Source of the DNA: Chrysomallon squamiferum
Taxonomy: Eukaryota > Animalia > Mollusca
Direction of reading: 5' to 3'
Length of the DNA stretch: 64,000 nucleotides
Assembly: GCA_012295275.1 (NCBI GenBank)
Contig: CM022668.1
Coordinates: 15,934,001-15,998,000 of the forward strand
Part shown: positions 53,914-64,000 of the stretch, piece by piece
Layout: each line of letters opens with the position of its first letter
Numbering within the stretch: position 1 is the stretch's first letter
Notes under the pieces: generated by a model
Seen by the model: only the letters and a program-made list of their open reading frames with translations
What the model was told of the DNA's origin: nothing
Database searches by the model: none
Program-made: the position numbers and the translations under genes

Positions 53914-54037
53914 GTGTATGTATGTGTATGTGTGTATGTGTGTTATGTGTATGTATGTATGTATGTATGTATGTGTGTGTATGTGTGTGTATGTGTGTGT
54001 GTGTGTGTGTATGTGTGTGTATGTGTATGTGTGTGTG
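53312..54037. repeat. (TG)n/(TATG)n compound microsatellite
   Basis: Seen directly; explains the CVCV/MYVC ORFs. Confidence 0.97.
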
Positions 54038-54150
54038 TAACGTCTAAAGGAAGTTACACTTAATTGAAATATAAAATTTAAAAACGAATACTTTTTTCAC
54101 GCCCCCCCCCTTGGTAACACAATGTTTAATAGTTTGTTTTCTGCACTCAC

Positions 54151-54300
54151 CTTCTTCTCATCGCACAATATAGGCTCGGTCTGTGCGTGTGATCCGCGGT
54201 TTTGATACATAACAACCTTCAAAGAAATCGAAACAGTCGCTAGAAGTATGTTGAAAAACAACACGGCACAAACTACAGTTCTCATTACTTTTAGCTCCAT
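54151..54300 (-). CDS. TNF ligand first coding exon: short cytoplasmic tail and type II transmembrane helix
   Basis: MELKVMR followed by TVVCAVLFFNILLATVSISL; AAG|GTGAGT donor; 150 nt, phase 0. Spliced product is 261 aa, or 288 aa with the optional exon. Confidence 0.85.
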
Positions 54301-54580
54301 TTTTTTTTTTTTTTTTTTTAAATTTCGGCTTATAAGTCTGTAAGTGATATTTTTTTTTTTTTTTTTTTAAATTTCGGCTTATAAGCGTGTAAGTGATAAA
54401 TATATATATATATATATTTTTTTAAATTAACGTTCTGTCATGAAACTCGTCTGCTACAGATACGCTCTCTCTCTCTCTGGCGAAGTCTCGGTGCGTGACT
54501 ACAGTGAATCAATCGATTAGCAGATGGAAATTACGTGGATTCGTTTTTAGGAAGCTATTTCAGAAATAGGTTTTTCCGTC

Positions 54581-54591
54581 GGGGATTCCCC
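54581..54591. promoter_or_regulatory. Near-palindromic NF-kB site GGGGATTCCCC upstream of the TNF ATG
   Basis: Identical to the classic MHC class I kB element; about 280 nt upstream of the ATG; CRE/ATF-like TTACGTCA at 54611-54618. Confidence 0.65.
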
Positions 54592-54920
54592 TATGGAATT
54601 TTTTTACATTTTACGTCATGCTATAAAATATACCACTTATTATTAATATATACATGGTGTATACTTACAATAAATATCTCATTAAAATAAGCAATCTACG
54701 CTTGACTTGTTGAAACTGTGTGTACAGGGAAGAAAAATCACTTTACATTAATAAACATTTATTATTATTATTACTTTTTTGTTTTCTTTTAGTATTTGAT
54801 CACCAATGAAAAAACAAATTTTAAAATTATTAAAACTAGATTAAACATTATTATTTTATTTATTTACTTTAAAGAAATAAGCAACAAGTCTACCAAATTT
54901 CATTACTATAACCAACTTAA

Positions 54921-54940
54921 AAGTGAAAACGAAAAAGAAA
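54921..54940 (+). promoter_or_regulatory. ISRE/IRF-like array AAGTGAAAACGAAAAAGAAA
   Basis: Three GAAA cores at 6-nt spacing; the A-rich background weakens significance. Confidence 0.3.
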
Positions 54941-55503
54941 TTAAATAATAATAGTGTTATTAGTAAGAACAACAACTCTTTAGAAAATAACAACGACAAA
55001 ACAAACAAAATGAAAACTGTAAATGCTTTTGTCAAATACCTAATATAATTATTTCAACATTATATTTCATCATATGAGAACATTTATGCAGAATGATAAC
55101 TAAGAAAAACAAAAATCTTCTGAAAACCCCCCAGAGAAAAAGAACAAAGGCAGAATCTGGATTGAGATGTCGAACTATAAGCAGAAACTGTTTTACTTCT
55201 ACATATTGAACATGACAACTTAAACACCAATTGTTTCCATCTTGAAGTGTTTCTTTAATAGTGTTTCCTTTGATAGCATGTGCATATTATCTAAAAAAAA
55301 ACACACAACAATTCATCTCGTTCATAGATGACTATGACATTTAATAAAATTGTCTAAACACAGTAAAAGCACTGCATCATTAAAGCAGTGTCATTATATG
55401 TGATTCTGGCAAAGGATCTTTCACAATGATAAAGTATGACAAGAAAATAAAAATCTCTTATGATGCATGCAGGCTGTATTATAATAATAATAATAATAAT
55501 AAC

Positions 55504-55554
<51 letters not shown>

Positions 55555-55798
55555 GTAATGCAAAAATACCTCAAACCCAAGCTGAATAGTTTCATTGTTT
55601 TCGTTTGATGAGAAATAAGTTCGTGAGTTTTAAAAGAATACGAAATGACATTATCAATAAAAACCTTAAAATATTTGTGCAAGCTTAAAGTTTGTTATTT
55701 TAATAGTTATTCTACTTTACTAACAACATTTGGTCTCTAGATGTACGATACAATCACTTTAAAACATATACTATCACTGTGAATTTAATATTATTACT

Positions 55799-55830
<32 letters not shown>

Positions 55831-56104
55831 TATTTTTTTTTTATTTATTCCCTGTTTGCTTGGCAAGGGAGCCAAATGTAACTATCCTAATAGTGGGGAT
55901 CAAATATAGGTGTCGACCTCAGACATATGTCCATCTGAGACAAGAGTGCAATTATGAAAGTGATATAACACGATCAAACTTCCAGTTACACTTCGTCTAC
56001 AAGTTATCGTGTATCTGCCAACACCTACGAGCAGTTTGTTTACACTTTGTTTAATTAAAGGATTTCTACTTTATATTACAGTAATTACACTTTTACAAAA
56101 CTCT

Positions 56105-56172
56105 AAAGGGGGACATAAACATTTTTTAGATGTTGAGGTGGAGCATGGAGCAAAAAAGGTTGAGAACCAGTG
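56105..56172 (+). mobile_element. Orphan right end of a Buster-type hAT element
   Basis: ggggacat...gcatgg...ggTTGAGAACCAGTG mirrors the subterminal layout of 46657-46736; followed by CCCTAGAG (56173-56180). Confidence 0.75.
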
Positions 56173-56572
56173 CCCTAGAGCCAAGCTAACTCGGGTAGCA
56201 ACCTGCCTGAGACAGATATACTTGCAGCTATGGGCAATCCCCATGACAGCTGGTTTGAAACTGTATGAGATATTCAGTGTTAATGTTGCCAGTTGACTGA
56301 TATGAATCACTGTTTCACAATAGATTCTGAAAAAAAAAAAAAAAAAACATTGTTCAAAATATCAGTGATATCAAAGATATCTTGATATTATTTTAATTTT
56401 ATTTTATATTTTTTGCTCTTTCTGATGATATATAATTTTATAGGAAAATGATGTTTTAAAACCTTTATTACCTAATTTTAAAAGCTTTTTCAATAGGTGT
56501 GTAACACGAGTATGATATTAATGCTAAGTGCATCGCGTGCTGTCGGTGGAGTTCGTGAACAGTGACGGCCTA

Positions 56573-56594
56573 GGAAAACCCGTCGGAAATTCCC
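56573..56594 (-). promoter_or_regulatory. Paired kB-like sites (GGGAATTTCC at 56585-56594; CGGGTTTTCC at 56573-56582)
   Basis: One canonical and one near-consensus kB site in a CpG-rich patch upstream of TNF. Confidence 0.5.
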
Positions 56595-57011
56595 GAAGTC
56601 TTGTCAAGATGACCCTATTGGCACTGCGCTAAAATACATTGTTTACAATACTGTTGCGTATTGTTCAAAGCCAGTAAACAAATCAGTTGTTTTAGGAGGT
56701 CAGAAGGGCCCCACAGCAACCATGCAACATGCCCCCCCCCCCTCGAGAACAAGCATTTTCTACTACGTTCAGTCCGACATACATTTACATACATCACTAT
56801 ACTTATCACATCACACTAATTAACTGAAGATGTTTGTTACATTATGTTATATGTGACATTGGAAATAAAGCATTTATGAGAGTTTACTTGTAGATTTACT
56901 AGACATCAAATCCTTAATCGGACATATAACGATTTTTCTGTGTCGTTATTTTTTAGTTTAGTTTATCACCGAGAAAATATATAGAAAAATGTAAAAGAAG
57001 ACATTATTATT

Positions 57012-57051
<40 letters not shown>

Positions 57052-57242
57052 CATGTATTCTTAATTAAATTTTTTAAATATAAATAATGACATAAAAAGA
57101 AAAATTGGTAATATATATTCCAACTCTGCAATTGTTACTATAAATATCAGCTATTGTTACTATTATTATTTTAATTATAATACAAAAGCATACACTGATA
57201 AATCAATAATAAAATCGTACTTTGATTTAGGTCGTTTCGCAC

Positions 57243-58412
57243 TAAAGTATCATTTACAGCAATAATCAGTAACATGAGAAGTGTTTATTTACGAAAGTTT
57301 AAATCTTTATTTGAAAGTTACAACATTCATTTTTTTTTTTTTTTAATTAACCGTGTCTCCAAGACAACAGATGAATGAATTGTCGGAGGTTTGAAGTAAA
57401 TATAAGTTTGATTTACATTATTGGTTGCGAGGCTGGGGAGAGGTTTAATAGTAAACGCCTTCTTTTATATTTATTTATTTATTTATTTATTATATATATA
57501 TATATTATTTCTTGCGTGTATCTAACAATTTTCTTCCTGTTTTTTTGTTGTTGTTGTTGTTTTTTTCTGGGGGGTATTGGTTGTTTTTCTTAATTTATAA
57601 GTAATGAGTAATATGACAAATGTTTATTTTCGAAACATGACTCAGTTTGTACGAGTACAAAGAAACTAAAATAATAATTTTATCTCATTACCCACATACA
57701 CGAACACGCACGTGATTTCAGCTGTTTGACCTTGTCATAAGGATAATTAATGTTTAATTCTTTATCTGATCAATTAATTTTCAAAAAGAAACATTGTGAA
57801 CATGCAGTGTAAACCGCCATTTAGTCAAACATTAAGATCTTATCAGTTGTTCGAGGTACGTGATGTGTCACATTTTTGGTGAGTGACACAAGACAGAAAT
57901 AGGCTACAAGGAAACAGAAACTAGATAACACTGAGGAGATTCATACATTTCTGTTTATAATTCATATACATTACAGGCAATCGAACAGTAATTTGATTTA
58001 ATAACTAAATAACTGTATCGAATGTTAATAATAATTTTATCTCATTACCCACATACACAAACACGCACTTGATTTCAGCTGTTTGACAGGACAGTTATAG
58101 GTTATGTATTCGTTATATTGACATCAAACTAAGTAAAAGAAAGAAAGAAAAATGAAAGAAAGAAAGAAAGAAAGAAAAAAAAACTTAAGAAATAAACAAA
58201 AACAGTAAAAAAAAAAAAAAAAAAATAAAAAAATAAAAAATAAAAAATGAAGAACGATACCTGGAAACATCTAGGAAATCCCCATCTAGGGAATCCCCTT
58301 CTTTTATTACGTCAGAAGAAAGAGATGATTCAAATGTCGTCAACGCGCAGCTGCGGAAGGTGACAGGATATTTATGTCGCGTTTTTCAGCTTCTTGAAAG
58401 GACTCCTTCATT
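57243..58412. repeat. Segmental duplicate of cGLR intron 1 and promoter (source blocks within 40931-43595)
   Basis: 57252-57465 matches 41342-41570; 57622-57737 matches 40966-41081; ~57783-58110 matches ~42570-42850; 58256-58412 matches 43436-43595. Confidence 0.92.
58274..58298 (-). promoter_or_regulatory. Tandem NF-kB sites (GGGGATTCCC and GGGGATTTCC)
   Basis: 15-bp tandem duplication ctaggaaatccccat/ctagggaatcccctt; TTACGTCA at 58307-58314. Confidence 0.6.
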
Positions 58413-58445
58413 GATACCCCTGGAGCGAAACCGACTGTAGTAGTA

Positions 58446-58485
<40 letters not shown>

Positions 58486-58544
58486 TGATGATGATGATGA
58501 TGATAACAATTCATACATATACTATTCATCTAAATAATTATGAC

Positions 58545-58880
58545 TTCTTCATTTATTATGATTTTTCAAATTTCAACAAGCCTAGGTTATTTTTGCTGTT
58601 GGAGATCTGCGTATCATAGTCATGTTTGTTTTGTTTTTTTATAATTCCATTGTAAACTGTTAGGTTACATTGTAAATTTGTCATTTAAAAAACTTTTAGT
58701 AAGAATAAATTGTTAGTGAAAGCATCTTTAAAAAGATTGTAACGTATGTGTGTAATAAAAGGATGTCTTTGAGTACGTGTAACAGAAAGCACACACAAGA
58801 TTGTGCCATGACTTGTGTGCATGGACCTTAAGTATAGAAATATTATTAGACAGGAAAATGTGTATTATTGCATAATCCTC
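58545..58880. repeat. Diverged direct repeat, right copy of 35680-36060
   Basis: See the left copy. Confidence 0.8.
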
Positions 58881-61642
58881 GAGGTCCATTTATTGATGAG
58901 GTGATCTAGCTTGCTTGTGTCACTGACCTAGAGAGCTATACCAGCAGGGGCAGTAACTCCTGTATGAGAACTGGTCAAAGACTAATAATGATAACTGCCA
59001 AAGACAGGGGAGATGGGACAGACCACTTGCAGGAAAGAGGCTAAGTTCACTGCAGTTAGTGTAAGTAAGAATGAGAAACGAAAAGGTTTAATGTTTCAGC
59101 TAATAAAGTATAATCACAGCACAACAACAACAACAACAAAAGAACCCCGATATTTTAACAGAACTACATTAATTACATTCAGAGAAAAATCAAAACACAA
59201 GATGTGTAAATTTTTATTTCAAAAAGTTTTACACTTTACAACATCCACTGGGGTATTACTTAAAATAAAGAAAGAAAAAAGAAAACATTATTGCACCAGC
59301 TGTATATGCTTTTCCAAATGCATCCCCTGCAATTAAAATATCTGTGGCAAAAACATACTGTGGTGTTGATTTTGATTTTTTGAGAAAATTATCATTTCCA
59401 CATTCATTTAAATGTCTGGGTTTTTGTTTTGAATTTAAATATAACAAAATATTTATCATATACTGTTTAGAAACCTTTATCAATATCCAGACACTGTTTA
59501 TTCAAACCACAGGGGTTTGCAAATATATCAGATATGACAGTTTTAATCATGGTTTTTTTTTTGTGTGTGTGTGTGTGTACATATATCTACATACACACAC
59601 ACATATATATAAGCTGTCTGGTAAATTAATTAATTGTTGATATATTAAAACATTACAATACGTTTTATTATCATTATAGAGTAAATAAAAAATAAACACA
59701 GAAGATTCCAAACAATATGATCATATTCCATTGATCTGTAAAACAAACACAACATTCATCAGATTTCATTTTGTACTTTACAATTAAATGTAGAAATGTT
59801 AATGTATGTTACTTACAAAAGAATGTAAATGCATTAATAAAAAGAAACTATAAATTGTATATAAACTTTTTCTTTCTATAAAAATATTCTTATCATACAT
59901 CTTATGGGACCAGGTGTGTTAATCTGTTGATATTAATAATGACAACAAAATGCTTGTTAATAGTTTACTTCAAAAATAATCAGTATACTGAGTGAACAAA
60001 GAAGAAATAACAATAAGGCTATCTATATCAGTAATTCAAAAAATCACTCAGAAAAGATAATTGCTGCCATTGGCCAAAATATAACCAACTTTACACTGAT
60101 TGGTCATTTCAATCATGTGACCACTGTGCAACTGGCTGATGGGCAAAGGTATACAAGATGGCTTCCTAAACATTTATTGTAGGCTAACTTCAAATTGTGA
60201 TGGCTAATTTACTGAATTTCAGAAAAATTCTTCTTGTAATTTGAAATTTATTTTGTTATGGAGATCTACTGTATTTAATTTATACCAGAAAAATCTTAAC
60301 TGGAAAATCTATTTTGTTCCTATGAATGTTGTAAAACAAATAAAAAAATTAGCACTAGTAATTTGGTTTTTAGACAAATGTCTTAAGAAACTGAAACAAA
60401 ATTCAAATAATAACACAAATTTAAAATGGCAAACAAATTTTGCTCAAGAACCTCGTACATAAAATATCAAGAAACATAACTAGAGTACAAATTATTCAAT
60501 TTTAAACTGTCAACAATGTACAATATTTAGAAATGGCAACAGATATTTTTAGTGGATTTGTTGGTGTTTTTTTTTTTTTGGTTCTGTAAAACATTAAAAA
60601 CAAAAGGCATTGAACTGAATAAAATGGACACAAAACAAGAATTTCGAATCTGAGATAAGTTTGAAAATTATAGCAACTACAACCATAGCAAGAATATAGC
60701 CACAGACAACATCATTTAAATGAACAAAAGATTTAATGTGATAATATAGCTTAATACATGTGCAGTTGGCTCCATTTGTTGTATCAACAGTGAATTAAAA
60801 TATTCAAAATGGTCATTGTAAATCAAAACTGAAACAAAACACACAAATGTAAAAATAATAAATTGGTCCTCAGTTTTGAGCAGAAAGTCACTATTTTTCC
60901 TGTCTGCATATTAATTTATTTTATTAACCTTTGTCCTAGCCTGTTTTTCAAAATGTTAAAACCATGGTAAATATACATCGCTTATGTATTTTTATTTACT
61001 ATTATTTCAAACAAAAATGACCAACGCTTAAATTTAAATTTTATATTAAAAAAAAAAAAATTGCTGTTTCTAAATGCTATATATGACTGAATATCATTCA
61101 GAAAACAAAATTTACAAATATATATTTATTTATTTATTTATTTATTTATTCATATATTGTTTATTTCTTGTCATATTTCAAAAACAAAATTATTTTAGTC
61201 TCTCCTTATGCAGTGTATAGGTGAAACATTTTTTTCAAAAAGTTAACTTAAATAAAATCTAAACCAAAACACATTTTGACAAAAATATATTTGAAAATTA
61301 TTATTAGCACTATTAAATAAACACTATATTAATACAGTGTGTGTTTATATTTGAAAGTATTTTAAAAAACCAGACTGGGTGTCACAGACAGCCATTTTGT
61401 ACCAATTAAGTCACCTTTAAACTTGAAATATTATGATTCTTATTATTACAAGGGAAATAACTATTGATATATTCTAAAAAAGAAAAAAAAGGCAATACTG
61501 TATTTGTTACTTCGGAAAATAAATTTTATCCTTAGATTGTCCATTTACATATAAAAATAAGTTTACAACTTGCATTTTTTCATGTTTTTTTTTACACTGT
61601 TCTTTATTTCTGTTGTCTTATTGTTTCTTTTCTTAACAACTC

Positions 61643-61689
<47 letters not shown>

Positions 61690-61779
61690 AGATAGATAGA
61701 TAGATATCTTAAAAGATAAACATTATGCTGAAATTATGCGGTTATTTTAACTTTTATTCCAATTTTTTATACTGTTATT

Positions 61780-62065
61780 ATAACTTATTTTATTTATTTA
61801 TTTTTAAATACTATTATTATGGACTTAATTTATTTATGTATTTTTGAATACTATTATTATAGACTTATTTTATTTATATATTTTTGAATACTATTATTAT
61901 AGACTTATTTTATTTACGTATTTTTGAATGGACTTATTTTATTTACGTATTTTTGAATATTATTATTATGGACTTATTTTATTTATGAATTTTTGAATTT
62001 TAACATGGACTTATTTTATTTAATTATTTTTGAATATTATTATTATGGACTTATTTTATTTGAAT
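61780..62065. repeat. ~40-bp AT-rich minisatellite (tttttgaatactattattatrgacttattttatttaygta)
   Basis: Units start at 61801, 61841 and 61881, then degenerate. Confidence 0.85.
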
Positions 62066-63242
62066 ATTATTTTTAAATTTTATTTAAATTTTTTAAACAG
62101 TAACAAGAGGGCGAATAAAAATTACTTCTGGAAGCTATTCTGAAAATACACTGCTAGGTTGAAAATTTATTTTTACAAATTCTTTGACTGTTTCATTAAC
62201 CAGTGGAGTAAACAGATTACAGAGTCGTTGTTTTCTCATACAAATAATACTTTTGAGACATTCCATCACCTGTTTCAAACTACTTTTAATGTTTTAAATC
62301 CAGTTTCAGAAATACAGTATAAGACTAGAATACATATATGTTACAGAATGTTTGTCCATGCGTAAATTTCTGTACATGAATGTAAATATATAGATGTGCA
62401 TGCATGCAAGATACAGGTAAGTATAGATAGATAGACATACAATATATATATTTTATATACATATGCATGATATGTATGTGTGTATGTTTGCATATAAATA
62501 CAAGGACAGTCTGTGAATGTGAAGTGGCTTTGCTTGTGTGTGTGCAAATGTGTTCTTGTGATGTGTTTGTTCATGTATGCATGGGTAATTGTCAGTATGT
62601 GTGAATCTGCCCACCACCAAAACATTAAATGCAACAAGTTGTCACAACTTTTTAAAATACATCTATCCCATCATCCTTTCCACAGAAACTAAAACAAACG
62701 AAATAAAAAGATAATAAAATCGGAACTAGTTACAAAATCGAAACATGATTTAAAAATATCCGAATAAAGTTATCTGAAAAATTAGGTCTGAAAACAAACT
62801 ACTCTTTAACATGAAACTTAACACTGAAAAAAGACAGAATCAGACTGAAAACAAAATACGAAATTTAAAACCAAATAACTTAGAAGTCTGAACTTGGAAA
62901 ATCGTTTTCACATTTAATAACTAAACTTAACGGTGAAAACTATGAAAATATCCCTGAAACATTTCACGTAGAATAAAACACAATCATTAACTGAAAATGT
63001 CACAAATCAGAAAATTATTAACAGTTGATAAAAAAACTTAAAGAAAACAACAAAAAAAAAAGTTAACATGCCTAACTTTTAGTCACATGCATTTCGACTT
63101 GCTTTTTTCATGTTACAACCGACAGAAAATTGACAAAATAATAGAAGTAAGTACGTTTCATTCAAATCCTTCGTTTTTCGACGTTAACAGACTGCAGTGG
63201 TGCTGACATCCGACAGTGATTCAACGACTTGTGCAGCTTCCT

Positions 63243-63362
63243 TCACTTGCGAGGCTGGTTGATGTACATGTTCTGCTGAATGACCGGGGGCCTCTTTTCG
63301 TGCGAAGGCAGCGGCTTATCATGGTAACTCTTAACAGCAGCAGGGGGGAAGTCTTTGTCACC
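63243..63362 (-). CDS. DAP: Death-associated protein 1, terminal coding exon
   Basis: tttttAG acceptor; GDKDFPPAAVKSYHDKPLPSHEKRPPVIQQNMYINQPRK* matches the DAP/DAPL1 C-terminus (GDKDFPP...IQQPRK). Not in the ORF track. Confidence 0.95.
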   Translation of the reverse strand, partial: GDKDFPPAAVKSYHDKPLPSHEKRPPVIQQNMYINQPRK

Positions 63363-63660
63363 CTAAAAATTATTTTTAAAATTAAAAAAAAAAATTAATA
63401 TCTTCATGCTTATGTGTATGTGTGTGTATGTGTGTGTATGTATGAATGGTGTATCTGTGTGACAGAGACAGAGACTAGCTAGCTAGATAAATAAACATGG
63501 AGCTGTTCAGAGATACAGGTAGGCTGGTAGGTAGAGAGAAAGGTAGATGTGCAGACAGGTAGGTGTTACAGTACTATGACAGATAACAGACAGATTGACA
63601 AAGAAATGTAATACAAAATGTTATTTTATTATCGGTTATTTACAGATTAAAATCAGTTAC

Positions 63661-63718
63661 CTTGGTTACCACGCCAGAGATGAGTATTTGCTGATGATGC
63701 TTGTCTGTTTTGGGTGGA
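63661..63718 (-). CDS. DAP: Death-associated protein 1, penultimate coding exon (the 5' part of the gene lies beyond the window)
   Basis: (S)PPKTDKHHQQILISGVVTK, compare DAP SPPKPTVFISGVIAR; AAG|GTAACT donor; phase 2 to 0. Confidence 0.92.
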
Positions 63719-64000
63719 CTTTAAATGAAACAGAAAAATTATACAATTTTAGCCTACGTAAACAGTCTGTGTCAGTGTATTCATATATACATAAACATGT
63801 ATACAGTCTTTACACTATTTTGTTCATATCAATTAAATATAAAATTTTCTAACTTATTATACACACAGGGACAGTAAAACACATCAAGGCCAAAATGCAT
63901 ATTAAAGCTAATTTAATAATAAAAGTATATAAAAATAATTTGTCTCTAACTTTTTCAACACACATCCCCCACATATGAATAAGAAAAAATAAATAAGAAA

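Noticed and set aside
53135-54063. Overlapping Cys/Val-rich ORFs (also 33488-33844 and 48908-49608)
   Set aside because: Translations of (TG)n/(CA)n microsatellites.
63216-63398. Plus-strand 60-aa ORF
   Set aside because: Antisense to the DAP terminal exon.

Overview
AT-rich, intron- and microsatellite-rich animal DNA; it looks like a lophotrochozoan, probably a gastropod mollusc (inference). Four genes can be rebuilt by hand from GT-AG boundaries and reading-frame phases. (1) + strand: an ALK1/ALK2 (ACVR1/Saxophone) type I BMP receptor, coding exons from about 18.7 kb to 30955, with an unresolved N-terminal exon. (2) - strand: a 686-aa cGAS-like receptor (cGLR, Mab-21 nucleotidyltransferase), 39821-36204, with an intact catalytic triad and a repetitive basic N-terminus. 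(3) - strand: a type II membrane TNF-superfamily ligand, 54300-47686, with an RRKR furin site. (4) - strand: the last two coding exons of death-associated protein 1 (DAP). A decayed Buster-type hAT transposon lies between cGLR and TNF. The most striking structure is the cGLR-hAT-TNF block, which looks like an inserted innate-immune island between ACVR1 and DAP and is bracketed by a diverged direct repeat. The hAT left TIR and an orphan right TIR 11.7 kb away share the same 8-bp flank (CCCTAGAG) and enclose the whole TNF gene. The cGLR intron 1 and NF-kB promoter region is duplicated upstream of TNF, with the kB site doubled. Most ORF-track entries are microsatellite or antisense artefacts. All gene models are hand-derived without transcript data.
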